NCBI GenBank assembly: GCA_963751575.1
Contig: CAVVUX010000002.1
Coordinates: 742,208 to 806,207 of the forward strand
Length of the DNA: 64,000 nt
Direction: 5' to 3'
Source of the DNA: an uncultured Chloroflexia bacterium
GTDB taxonomy: Bacteria; Chloroflexota; Anaerolineae; Anaerolineales; UBA11858
Positions 50,504 to 61,661 of this stretch are shown here, one piece after another (within the stretch, counting starts at the first letter, position 1; each line of letters starts with the position of its first letter). The notes below the pieces were generated by a model that worked only from the letters and a program-made list of their open reading frames with translations, was not told the DNA's origin and did not search any database. A program made the position numbers and the translations under genes.

Positions 50504-50541
50504 GCGCTCATTTTAACACAGAATGGTTTTGCGGCTGGATA

Positions 50542-51609
50542 TCAGGTGATGACTATCCGGGTCCCATGACCGGTATTATGCCAATCACAATGGTTTTTAT
50601 AGGGAGGATCGTAAGCAGGATTAACCCATCTGAACAACCATTTTGCGTCCGAGTTTGTCATATTGATGCAGCCATGGCTCATCCTGTATCCAAAATTATT
50701 ATGCCAGTAGGTTCCATGGAAGGCGACACCGGTCTTGAATATAAAAAATGTAGCCCAGGACACACCGGGCAGGGAGTAGCTTCCAGGGGCTCCGGTCGCG
50801 ACCACTCCACCCATATGTTTTGAAGGATATTTTGAGGTCACAAAAAATGTCCCCCTGGGCGTGGCAGTTGCATTGGGATTATTCAGGCTGACCTCATTGT
50901 AGCCCAGACCAGAAGATATCCTGGTGGTGTAGACCAATTTATCATCTTCATAAGCGAACAAAGTTTGATCGTTAAGGGAAACTTTAATATGTTTCTTTTC
51001 AGGTGGAACATGAATGCTGGTTGGGATATATTCCTGGTCCTGGATCGGTCTGACATGCTCTCTTCGAACGTAGTATACAAGTGAGGAGGAGAGCTGGGAG
51101 GTGAGCTCATACCACTGGTTTCCATCGGGTCCTTCTTTAATTCCAGTTATCCAGTGATTGGTATCATAATACAAGCGGTATTTCTGTTTCCAGCCCTGGT
51201 ATTCGCTGAATGTCAAAACATCAGTGAACGGTACTGTAATTTCAGCTAAAATCCCGCAATCCGAGATTGAACTGATTGGCTCGTTGAGTCTGTAGCGGGT
51301 TTGTTGAACGTAGACACCAGGCAGATATCCTCCCCAGACTCGATACCAGGTATGGGATGCTCCATCTTCCTCGATAACATCCTGCTCGTAATAGAGGTGG
51401 ATTAATTCATCAAAAGTTGTCTTGCGGACTACCGGACTATCATAATCCGGTTCTTCATAGATTGTGATTATTTTATCGTCTGCGGCAATCCTTCCGATCA
51501 TGCCGTTTGTACGCCTGATACCAGTCGCGGGTATGCCGGGCAAGAAACCTGAACCCATCAAACCGAAGAGAGATAATTTAAGGAAATTTTTGCGCGAAAA
51601 CTTGTTCAA
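50542..51609 (-). CDS. L,D-transpeptidase (YkuD) family protein with Tat-like signal
   Basis: SRKNFLK signal, IKVSLNDQTL, ISSG, TPRGTF, FHGTYWHNNFGYRMSHGCIN (HxxxxxxxxxxxxSHGC). Confidence 0.9.
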   Translation of the reverse strand: MNKFSRKNFLKLSLFGLMGSGFLPGIPATGIRRTNGMIGRIAADDKIITIYEEPDYDSPVVRKTTFDELIHLYYEQDVIEEDGASHTWYRVWGGYLPGVYVQQTRYRLNEPISSISDCGILAEITVPFTDVLTFSEYQGWKQKYRLYYDTNHWITGIKEGPDGNQWYELTSQLSSSLVYYVRREHVRPIQDQEYIPTSIHVPPEKKHIKVSLNDQTLFAYEDDKLVYTTRISSGLGYNEVSLNNPNATATPRGTFFVTSKYPSKHMGGVVATGAPGSYSLPGVSWATFFIFKTGVAFHGTYWHNNFGYRMSHGCINMTNSDAKWLFRWVNPAYDPPYKNHCDWHNTGHGTRIVIT

Positions 51610-51728
51610 GTTGGATCCTCCAATCAAATTCTAACGAAGAGCCGCGTTTCTAACAAGATAAAAAAACACAGATGTCTTCTTGACGGGGGAGAAAGGATAT
51701 TCCTTACCCGTTATAATAAGGTTAGATC

Positions 51729-52640
51729 ATGGCTAACAGACCTCATCCATCATACAGGAAACTCCTGAAATCGGGATCTCTTGAACAGCGGGTCGCCGAA
51801 CTTAACGATAAACTTTCTTGTTGTGACCTCTGTCCCAGGAATTGTTCTGTGAACAGGGCAGTTGGTGAACTTGGAGACTGTGCGGTTGGAGATCAGGCCT
51901 GGGTGAGCAGTTATGGACCACACCTTGGTGAGGAAGATCCGATCAGAGGTTGGAAAGGATCAGGGACAATATTTTTTAGTGGTTGTAATTTATCCTGTAT
52001 CTACTGTCAAAACTCGGATATCAGTCAGCAGCTGGTGGGCAGGCCATATTCACCTGAAGGCTTGGCCGGGATCATGTTGGAATTGGAATCAATGGGTTGC
52101 CACAATATAAACTTGGTTTCACCTACTCATGTCATACCCCAAATTCTTGAAGCGATTTTTATATCAGCCGGCAGCGGACTAAAGATACCAATTGTTTATA
52201 ACTCAGGCGGATATGATTCTGTGCAGACGCTGGAAATATTGGATGGTGCAGTTGATATATATATGCCGGATATGAAATATGGATCTGATAGTCAGGGTCA
52301 CCATTTATCTGGTGTCCCGGATTATTCTCAAATTAATCAGCTTGCTGTTAAAGAGATGCACAGGCAGGTAGGCGACCTTGTAGTAGATGACCGGGGAATT
52401 GCTGTTTCTGGACTGCTGATCCGTCATTTGGTGCTTCCGGCGGGTCTGGCTGGATCCAGGATTATCTTTGAGTTTATTGCGGGAAATTTATCCAAGAACA
52501 CATATCTGAACATCATGGATCAATACCGCCCGGCATATCGAGCTCATGGGTTTATTGATCTGAGCAGGAAGGTGCCTCACGAGCAGTTCAGGCAGGTGGT
52601 AGAGTGGGCCCATGAATTAGGTTTGAACCGATTGGATTAA
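51729..52640 (+). CDS. Radical SAM protein, PflX-like
   Basis: CDLCPRNC, HLGEE, GSGTIFFSGCNLSCIYCQN (CxxxCxxC), GCHNINLVSPTH, VDIYMPDMKY, IRHLVLP. Confidence 0.9.
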   Translation: MANRPHPSYRKLLKSGSLEQRVAELNDKLSCCDLCPRNCSVNRAVGELGDCAVGDQAWVSSYGPHLGEEDPIRGWKGSGTIFFSGCNLSCIYCQNSDISQQLVGRPYSPEGLAGIMLELESMGCHNINLVSPTHVIPQILEAIFISAGSGLKIPIVYNSGGYDSVQTLEILDGAVDIYMPDMKYGSDSQGHHLSGVPDYSQINQLAVKEMHRQVGDLVVDDRGIAVSGLLIRHLVLPAGLAGSRIIFEFIAGNLSKNTYLNIMDQYRPAYRAHGFIDLSRKVPHEQFRQVVEWAHELGLNRLD

Positions 52641-52760
52641 ATGAATAATCACTGGTGGTAAAAAAAAGCCAGATGTTATAATCTTTAATAATTGTTGGGC
52701 GTAGATTTCAGGGTTTTCTCAGGTAAAATTTGCTATCAGTACCCTTTGGGGAGGATCAGA

Positions 52761-53510
52761 ATGTCAGGACATTCCAAGTGGTCGACAATTAAACATAAAA
52801 AAGCTCAAACGGATGCCCGGCGGGGAGCTGAATACACAAAATTAGCGAGGGAAATCCAGATCGCTGCCAAAGAAGGCGGCGGTGACCCCGATATGAATTT
52901 TGGATTGAGGTTGGCAGTTGACAGGGCGAGGGCTGCCAATATGCCCAGCGCAAATATTTCACGAGCGATCAAGAAAGGCACTGGTGAAGACCGTGATGCT
53001 GCCGCGATGGAGAAGCTTTTCTATGAAGGTTATGCACCCCATGGAGTTGCTGTGATACTGAACTGCATCACTGATAACAGGAATCGGACGGTTGCGGATA
53101 TTCGTCACGTTCTGACTAAGCATGGAGGCAGCATGGGCCAGGAAGGATCTGTTTCCTGGCAGTTTACGCGAAAAGCGTTTTTTAATATTCCCTGCGGAAA
53201 TCTCAATTTTGAGGATTTGTTTGAGATCGCAGTCGACACGGGGGCTGACGATGTTGTGGAGGAAGATGAATATTTTGAGATCATTGGTCCGGCTGAAAAT
53301 TTTAAAACCATTCATGATCAGCTGAAGAAAGCATCGATAATTCCCGAGACTTCTGGCTTAAGGATGGATCCAAAACAGGATATCGCCCTCAGTCTCGAGC
53401 AAACTCTTCAGGTCATGAAGGTGATAGATATTCTGGAAGGGTTAGACGATATCCTTGAAGTTTATACTAATCTAAAGATCACTGACGAGGCTCTGGACGG
53501 AGTCTTATAG
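52761..53510 (+). CDS. yebC: YebC/PmpR family protein
   Basis: MSGHSKWSTIKHKK, YEGYAPHG, TDNRNRT, V..YTN. Confidence 0.95.
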   Translation: MSGHSKWSTIKHKKAQTDARRGAEYTKLAREIQIAAKEGGGDPDMNFGLRLAVDRARAANMPSANISRAIKKGTGEDRDAAAMEKLFYEGYAPHGVAVILNCITDNRNRTVADIRHVLTKHGGSMGQEGSVSWQFTRKAFFNIPCGNLNFEDLFEIAVDTGADDVVEEDEYFEIIGPAENFKTIHDQLKKASIIPETSGLRMDPKQDIALSLEQTLQVMKVIDILEGLDDILEVYTNLKITDEALDGVL

Positions 53511-53513
53511 TTG

Positions 53514-54011
53514 ATGGGATCAACACGCGTTGTGATTGGTATTGATCCAGGTACAGCAATCACAGGTTATGGTGTTATTCGCGAATTGGCAGGAGGCGAA
53601 CTTGACTGGATTAATCACGGTGTGATCACAACACCCAGTGATTGGGAGGAACCCCGCAGATTGCTTCACCTCTATAGATCCCTCGGGCAAATCATAAAGG
53701 AAAATCAACCAACTTGCTGTGCTGTTGAAAAGTTATTCTTTCAAAAGAATGTCAGAACAGCTTTGTCTGTTGGTCAGGGCAGGGGTGCGGCTTTAATTGC
53801 TGCTGCAGAAGCTGATCTGCCTGTGGGAGAGTATACACCTCTCGAAATTAAACAAGCGGTAGTAGGATATGGAAATGCCGCAAAGGGCCAGGTTCAGCAG
53901 ATGGTGAAAATCCTCCTGAACTTGAAAGAGCTTCCTGAGCCTGATGATGCAGCTGACGCCCTTGCTGTTGCAATCTGTTATTTGCATTCAACAAGAAAGG
54001 TCATTGGATAA
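53514..54011 (+). CDS. ruvC: Holliday junction resolvase
   Basis: IGIDPGTAITGYG, AVEKLFF, GQGRG, EYTPLEIK..GYGNAAKGQV, PDDAADALAVA. Confidence 0.96.
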   Translation: MGSTRVVIGIDPGTAITGYGVIRELAGGELDWINHGVITTPSDWEEPRRLLHLYRSLGQIIKENQPTCCAVEKLFFQKNVRTALSVGQGRGAALIAAAEADLPVGEYTPLEIKQAVVGYGNAAKGQVQQMVKILLNLKELPEPDDAADALAVAICYLHSTRKVIG

Positions 54012-54012
54012 A

Positions 54013-55278
54013 ATGGTTAGTCAGGATATATTTATAAGGTTTGGTGCTGCCCTGCTGATCGGGGTCTTGATCGGCATGCAGAGGGAATACGCGTACGGTT
54101 TCAGCAAGGGAAAAGGTTTGTTCGCAGGGGCCCGGACCTATGCCTTAATGGCCCTGTTCGGAGCGTCTGCTGGATTATTGGCCGATCTTTTTGAATCTCC
54201 CTGGGTGTTTATCGGGCTGGTGATCATGCTTGGTACGATGATCATTGTGGCGTATTTTATTACAGCGACTGCTAGAGAGGAAATTGGCATCACCTCTGAG
54301 GTAGCCGCTCTGATTACAATTTTGATCGGCGGGATTTGTTATTTTTACTCAATTCAATTTGCAGCAGCCCTTGGCGTAGCCACCACAGTTCTTCTGGCAG
54401 TTAAATGGGAACTTCGCGAGTTTGTCAGAGTGATAACCCAGGACGATGTCTTTGCGACCCTGCAGTTTGCTGTCATTACTGCGATTGTGCTGCCAGTATT
54501 GCCGAATACGACCTATGGTCCACCTCCCCTGGATGTTCTCAATCCATATCAAATCTGGAAAATGGTGGTTTTTATTTCCGGGATCAATTTCCTGGGATAT
54601 ATCCTGGTCAAGGTTGTTGGCCCCAGGCAAGGATTGGGAATCAGTGGTTTGCTGGGCGGATTGGCATCCAGTACGGCCACAACCATCAGTTTTTCCCAGC
54701 GGAGCAAAACCCAGCGCGGCTTGGATAAGCCCTTCGCAGTCGCGATAATTACCGGATGGGTGATCATGTTTATCAGGGTGATTGTTGAGGTGGCTGTGAT
54801 AAATAGCCGCTTGCTGCCCTTGGTATGGCCTGCGCTCACTGCCATGGGTATGGCCGGTTTGATCTACGCGGTCTATCACTTCTTTTCAAAATCAGTTGTT
54901 GATGAAGAAGAACTCAGTTTGTCGAATCCTTTTGATCTTGGACCGGCTCTCAAATTCGGTTTGATCTACGCGTTAATTTTATTGGTAACAAAGGCAGCTG
55001 AAATATATCTAGGTGAGAGGGGAATTTTCATCACCAGTTTTTTCGCTGGATTGGCGGATGTTGATGCGATTACGCTCTCGATATCTGATCTGACCCGCAC
55101 TGGCAGCACGATAACCCTGGAAACCGGGAGCATTGCGGTAATCCTGGCAACAATCTCCAATACTCTTTCGAAAGGTATCCTGGTATTTTTTCTGGGATCA
55201 AAATCATTGCGGAGACACGTCTGGCCAGTGTTTGCCCTGATGCTGACAATTGGTTTAGGTTTTATTCTATTAGTCTGA
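54013..55278 (+). CDS. MgtC/SapB family membrane protein with DUF4010 domain
   Basis: ALLIGVLIGMQRE, AGARTYAL, GITSEVA, LPVLPN, WKMVVFISG, GGLASSTATT, NPFDLGPALKFG, GLADVDAIT. Confidence 0.88.
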   Translation: MVSQDIFIRFGAALLIGVLIGMQREYAYGFSKGKGLFAGARTYALMALFGASAGLLADLFESPWVFIGLVIMLGTMIIVAYFITATAREEIGITSEVAALITILIGGICYFYSIQFAAALGVATTVLLAVKWELREFVRVITQDDVFATLQFAVITAIVLPVLPNTTYGPPPLDVLNPYQIWKMVVFISGINFLGYILVKVVGPRQGLGISGLLGGLASSTATTISFSQRSKTQRGLDKPFAVAIITGWVIMFIRVIVEVAVINSRLLPLVWPALTAMGMAGLIYAVYHFFSKSVVDEEELSLSNPFDLGPALKFGLIYALILLVTKAAEIYLGERGIFITSFFAGLADVDAITLSISDLTRTGSTITLETGSIAVILATISNTLSKGILVFFLGSKSLRRHVWPVFALMLTIGLGFILLV

Positions 55279-55289
55279 GAGACACTTTT

Positions 55290-55865
55290 ATGATAGCTAC
55301 TATTCAGGGACAGGTAATTCAAACCGGAGAAGATTTCATAATTGTTGAAGTCGGCGGCATCGGTTATTTGGTTTATGTCACTAAAATTTTGAATCGCACC
55401 TTGCGAAGAGGAGAGAAAATCTCTCTCTTTACCCAACTGATCGTCAGGGAGGATTCTTTGACACTTTATGGTTTCAAAGACCAGGATGAGATCGGTTTTT
55501 TCCAGGAATTGGTTAAAGTTAATGGCGTAGGACCGCGCTTGGCATTAGAAACTTTATCAACCCACTCACCTGATATTCTCAAGCGGGCGGTGCTGAACAA
55601 GCAGGATGAGGTTTTTGCCCAGGTTTCAGGGATTGGAAAAAAGACTGCCCAAAAGATTGTCCTTTCTCTGGAAGATCGGATAACATTTACCGATGATATG
55701 GTTATTACACCTGAGACAGCAGGAGTCAATGCGGAGATCCAGGAAGCATTGACAACGCTGGGTTATTCCGTGCTGGAAGCCCAGGCGGCTCTCCAAACGA
55801 TACCATCAGATGCTCCCCTGAACCTGGAAGCCAGATTGACGATTGCCTTAAGATATTTTAGTTAA
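55290..55865 (+). CDS. ruvA: Holliday junction branch migration protein
   Basis: MIATIQG, VGGIGY, VREDSLTLYGF, VNGVGPRLA, GIGKKTAQKI, ALTTLGY. Confidence 0.96.
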   Translation: MIATIQGQVIQTGEDFIIVEVGGIGYLVYVTKILNRTLRRGEKISLFTQLIVREDSLTLYGFKDQDEIGFFQELVKVNGVGPRLALETLSTHSPDILKRAVLNKQDEVFAQVSGIGKKTAQKIVLSLEDRITFTDDMVITPETAGVNAEIQEALTTLGYSVLEAQAALQTIPSDAPLNLEARLTIALRYFS

Positions 55866-55877
55866 CAGCTATTCTTC

Positions 55878-55906
55878 TGGACAATCTGCTCACAATCAGT
55901 TATCAT
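55878..55906 (+). promoter_or_regulatory. Sigma-70-like promoter for atpAGDC, overlapped by a weak Rex-like box (55878-55895)
   Basis: TGGACA-17 nt-TATCAT; TGGACAATCTGCTCACAA matches 10 of 14 Rex consensus positions. Confidence 0.5.
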
Positions 55907-56075
55907 TTTTGCGGTGTGGGAATGGGAAATCAAAGATCGAATAATCTTCAGAAACTCAACGTTTGAAACTTCCGGCCCCTGCCTTTTCAGGTTCATACTT
56001 AGAACACTTAATTGTTCGATTCAATCATTGGAAACAGCGTTTTGTTTTTGTCCTAGTTTTTAGAGCGGAGGTATC

Positions 56076-57719
56076 GTGACCGAATCCATCAACCAGATTG
56101 CTGCAGATTTCATTAAATCTATCGAAGATTTCGAACCAATCGCAGGTGTCCAGAGTGTTGGTTATGTGATTGATGCCGGGGATGGTATTGCCCGTGTCAA
56201 TGGTTTATCCGATGTCCAGGCCCAGGAGTTGGTCCAGTTCGAGAACGGAGTTTTGGGTACGGCCTTCAACCTTGAGAAAGATAATGTTGGCGTTATTATC
56301 ATGGGTGAATATGACCATATTATCGAGGGCATGGAAGTCCGAACGATCAACCGGATCACATCGGTTCCAGTCGGCGATGGCCTGATTGGACGGGTTGTCA
56401 ACGCTATTGGACAGCCGATAGATGGTAAAGGGCCAATCAGAGAGAGCAGTTTTCGGCCGATTGAACGAATCGCTCCGGGTGTGATTGAAAGAAAGGATGT
56501 CGATCATCCTATCCAAACCGGAATTAAAGCCATCGACTCCATGATCCCGATCGGCGGAGGGCAGCGGGAATTGATTATCGGGGACAGGCAGACCGGTAAA
56601 ACAGCTATTGCAATTGATGCCATCATCAATCAGAAAGGCAAGGATGTTGTTTGCATTTATGTCGCTATTGGACAGAAAAAGGCCGGCGTCGCCCGCACTG
56701 TGGCACTTCTGGAAGAATATGGAGCAATGGAGCACACCATTATTGTCTCTGCTTCTGCAGATGAACCTGCGGCTTTGCAGTATATCGCTCCTTATGCAGG
56801 GTGTGCAATGGGAGAAGAGTTTATGGAGAATGGCCGGGACGCTTTGATCGTTTACGATGATCTTTCAAAGCATGCCTGGTCCTATCGAGAATTATCCCTC
56901 TTGCTCAGGAGACCACCTGGTCGTGAGGCGTACCCCGGAGACTTGTTCTATTTGCATTCGCGCCTGCTGGAAAGGGCAGCCCGCCTGGCGGATCAGTTCG
57001 TGATCGTTCCTGCCGATTTTAAAGGCGATCTTGCCAACGCAGGAGATTCGGTTAATGACAAAGTCTACAACGGTCCGCTGGCGAAGTCTCAAGCGGAAGC
57101 GGACCTAAAAGCAGGTAGTGCTGGAAAGATCTTAAAAGTTCAGGGTACTGGCGGCTCATTAACAGCCCTGCCCATTATCGAAACCCTGCTGGGAGATGTC
57201 TCTGCATATGTGCCGACCAACGTGATCTCGATTACAGATGGTCAAATTTATCTGGAGAACGACCTCTTTTACTCTGGAATCCGCCCGGCAATTAACGCAG
57301 GTATTTCGGTTTCACGAGTAGGTGGAGACGCCCAGATAAAAGCGATGAAACAGGTAGCTGGACGGCTTAGATTGGACATGGCCGCCTTCCGCGAGCTGGC
57401 AGCCTTCGCCCAATTCGGTTCCGATCTGGACAAGGCAACCCAGTCCAGGCTGGATCGCGGACGCCGTTTGCGGGAAATTCTGAAACAACCTCAGTATTCA
57501 CCTGTGCCTATCGCTAGTCAGATCATTGTCATTTATGCAGCTACTAATGGATATGCAGATGAAGTTGAGCTCACGGATATGTTCGCGTGGGAATCTGAAC
57601 TGATCCGTTATATTGAATCCAGCCATCCTGATCTGATTTCTGCATTACTGGATGAAAAACAGATCACAGAGAAAATTGAAAAACAGCTCAAGGCTGCCCT
57701 CGATTCATTCTCGTTGTGA
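56076..57719 (+). CDS. atpA: F1 ATP synthase subunit alpha (with a ~49-aa internal insertion)
   Basis: [63 protein letters not shown]. Confidence 0.97.
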   Translation: MTESINQIAADFIKSIEDFEPIAGVQSVGYVIDAGDGIARVNGLSDVQAQELVQFENGVLGTAFNLEKDNVGVIIMGEYDHIIEGMEVRTINRITSVPVGDGLIGRVVNAIGQPIDGKGPIRESSFRPIERIAPGVIERKDVDHPIQTGIKAIDSMIPIGGGQRELIIGDRQTGKTAIAIDAIINQKGKDVVCIYVAIGQKKAGVARTVALLEEYGAMEHTIIVSASADEPAALQYIAPYAGCAMGEEFMENGRDALIVYDDLSKHAWSYRELSLLLRRPPGREAYPGDLFYLHSRLLERAARLADQFVIVPADFKGDLANAGDSVNDKVYNGPLAKSQAEADLKAGSAGKILKVQGTGGSLTALPIIETLLGDVSAYVPTNVISITDGQIYLENDLFYSGIRPAINAGISVSRVGGDAQIKAMKQVAGRLRLDMAAFRELAAFAQFGSDLDKATQSRLDRGRRLREILKQPQYSPVPIASQIIVIYAATNGYADEVELTDMFAWESELIRYIESSHPDLISALLDEKQITEKIEKQLKAALDSFSL

Positions 57720-57760
57720 TCGCACCCAAGATATTCCTGTTCTGCTGAGGATAAAGATTT

Positions 57761-58645
57761 ATGGCAAATGCACGGGAAGTTAAACAACGAATAAAAAGCG
57801 TTAAAAATATTTCTCAAGTAACACGCGCTCTTCAGGCAGTCAGTGCCAGCAAAGTACGCAAGGCAATCGAGCAGTTGGAGGATACCCGACCTTATTCTGT
57901 CAAAGCCTGGCAGGTGCTGCAGCATATTGCTGGTCAGTCTGACAGGACCTCCCTGCACCCGTTATTGAATGTTCACCCGGAGATTAAAAAAATCCTTGCG
58001 ATCGTTATCAGCGGTGACCGGGGACTGGCAGGTGCATACAATTCTAACTTGATCCGGATGGTAGACCTCTGGGCAATGGATATTACTCAGCCGATCAGTT
58101 ATGTGACCATCGGCAAAAAAGGGCGGGACCAGCTGGTTCGCAGAGGACAGAACATCCTGGCAGAGTTCAGCAATTTGCCCACTCAACCATCTTATAATGA
58201 TGTTTCAGCTGCCGGGAGCATCGCGGTCGATCAGTTTCTAGACGGGAAAGTGGATGAAGTCTATTTGATCTATACCCAATTTGTGACGCGCATGAATTTT
58301 CAACCGGTCGTTAAGAAACTGCTGCCCCTGGAAACAGACAATGAGGATCGAATTAAGCAATTTGAGGAGACTGCACCTCTGTCAGGCGGATATATATTTG
58401 AGCCTGACCAAAAATCCCTTCTGAATGAAATTGTTCCCAGGTTTACTATGCTCCAGGTCTATCACGCTGTGATTGAATCCCTGGCCAGTGAACATTCTGC
58501 CAGAATGGTCGCCATGAAAAATGCCACAGATAACGCAACGGATCTGGCTGATGCCCTTCAGCTTGATTACAACAATGCCCGCCAACAAGCAATTACCAAT
58601 GAACTGCTTGACATTGCAGGTGGTGCAGAAGCAGTTTCCAAATGA
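57761..58645 (+). CDS. atpG: F1 ATP synthase subunit gamma
   Basis: RIKSVKNISQVTRA, GDRGLAGAYN, ASEHSARMVAMKNATDNA, ARQQAITNEL. Confidence 0.97.
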   Translation: MANAREVKQRIKSVKNISQVTRALQAVSASKVRKAIEQLEDTRPYSVKAWQVLQHIAGQSDRTSLHPLLNVHPEIKKILAIVISGDRGLAGAYNSNLIRMVDLWAMDITQPISYVTIGKKGRDQLVRRGQNILAEFSNLPTQPSYNDVSAAGSIAVDQFLDGKVDEVYLIYTQFVTRMNFQPVVKKLLPLETDNEDRIKQFEETAPLSGGYIFEPDQKSLLNEIVPRFTMLQVYHAVIESLASEHSARMVAMKNATDNATDLADALQLDYNNARQQAITNELLDIAGGAEAVSK

Positions 58646-58676
58646 TCCTGGAAAAAATGATTGGGCTAGAAGATAA

Positions 58677-60097
<1,421 letters not shown>

Positions 60098-60114
60098 GCT
60101 CAGGAGCCATTAAT

Positions 60115-60564
60115 ATGCCTATCAGGTGTGAAATAGTTTCCCAGGATCGCCTGGTCTATGAAGGCGATGCAGACATAGTAATTGTCCCGGGATCATTGGG
60201 TGAAATGGGTATTCTGGCAGGCCACGCTCCCTTATTATCTACCCTTGATCTGGGTGTAATCAGGGTTAAAAGCGGGAAAGATGAGCAAGTATTTACTGTC
60301 ACCGGCGGGTTTATAGAAGTCCAGCCGGATATTGTCACGATCATGGCTGATGCGGCTGAGAATGTTGAGGATATTGATATTGACCGGGCCAAGGAAGCTA
60401 TGGATCGGGCCAGTAATATATTGGCTGATGACAGGCCAATCGATCCAGAGACGTATCTTCGTATCCAAACCGCGCTGAAACGTTCGAGTCTGCGCTTAAA
60501 GACAGTCGATCAATACCGAAAACGCGGACAGCGATCCAGGCCTCCAGGTATGGGCAGCGCATAG
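60115..60564 (+). CDS. atpC: F1 ATP synthase subunit epsilon
   Basis: CEIVSQDR, PGSLGEMGILAGHAPL, GGFIEV, DIDIDRA. Confidence 0.95.
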   Translation: MPIRCEIVSQDRLVYEGDADIVIVPGSLGEMGILAGHAPLLSTLDLGVIRVKSGKDEQVFTVTGGFIEVQPDIVTIMADAAENVEDIDIDRAKEAMDRASNILADDRPIDPETYLRIQTALKRSSLRLKTVDQYRKRGQRSRPPGMGSA

Positions 60565-60574
60565 CAGGTAAAAA

Positions 60575-61585
60575 ATGGCATTATTCTCTCAGGATTTTGG
60601 AATAGACCTCGGCACTTATTACACCATGCTCGCTGAGGAGGGTATCCTATTAGAACGGATCCCCACTGTCGCGGCTATCACTATTGATGAACAAAAAATC
60701 GTGGAATATGGCCAGGCAGCCAAAGATATGTTTGGCAGAGTTCCGGATTCGTTTGAGATCTCATATCCGCTTCAGCACGGTGTCATAGCTGATTATGAAG
60801 TAACGATGCGCTTGCTGGAATACCTGATCAAGAAAGTGGCGGGACCGATACGTTTGTTCCATCCCCGGGTGATGGTTACCATCCCCTATGGTGTGACGAG
60901 CGTTGAAATCCGGGCCGTTCAGGAAGCAGTTTTGGAGGCGGGTGCCAGGGAAGTTTTCCTGATCCCGCAACCACTGGCTGCCGCGATAGGGATTGATCTG
61001 CCAATCAACACCCCGACAGGCAATATGATCCTGAATATGGGTGGTGGAGCTACTCAGGCAGCAGTCTTGGCGCTCTACGGTATTGTATCTGCCGGCACAC
61101 TCAGAAAAGGTGGCGCGGATCTTGATGACGCGATCTCTACCTACGTTCGGAGGAAATACGGCTTGATCATTGCTCGTCCGACTGCCGAGCGGATTAAGAT
61201 GGAGATTGGCGCTGCGGTTCCGATGGAGGAAAAATCAGGGATTGAAGTTCAAGGTCAGGATCAGGTTACAGGATTGCCTCAGCCATTGACCTTGACAACT
61301 GGTGAGATTGTTGAAGCGCTTGAGGATCCATTAAAAGAAATTGTTGAGACGGCTCGCCGGGTCCTGGAATAGACACCGCCTGAGCTGGTCTCGGATATTA
61401 TTGATCGCGGGATCGCTCTTTGTGGCGGCTCAGCATTACTTCCTGGTATGGAAAAATTATTGACCAAGGAATTAGGTGTGCCAACATACCTGGTCGATAA
61501 CCCGACTACCTGTGTTGTCGAAGGAGCTTCCCGGGCATTTTCTCCCGGGATCTTCCCCAAGATCCGAAGAAATCTGATCAATTAA
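60575..61585 (+). CDS. mreB: MreB/Mbl-like actin homologue, interrupted by an in-frame TAG at 61370-61372
   Basis: GIDLGT, PLQHGVIADY, PYGVTSVEIRAV, PLAAAIG, TAERIK; after the TAG the frame continues TPPELVSDIIDRGIALCGGSALLPG...DNPTTCVVEG to TAA at 61583-61585. Confidence 0.85.
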
Positions 61586-61606
61586 AGACTTTATTTAACC
61601 ATATGA

Positions 61607-61639
61607 AAATCCCGTACTCTTACAACTAGTACGGGATTT
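61607..61639. terminator. Hairpin terminator between convergent mreB-like and rex
   Basis: AAATCCCGTACT-loop-AGTACGGGATTT. Confidence 0.7.
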
Positions 61640-61661
61640 GTCATTAATAGGGTGCTGTAAT

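Noticed and set aside
50020..50541. tmRNA (ssrA) next to smpB
   Set aside because: The flanking gaps are under 40 nt, leaving no room.
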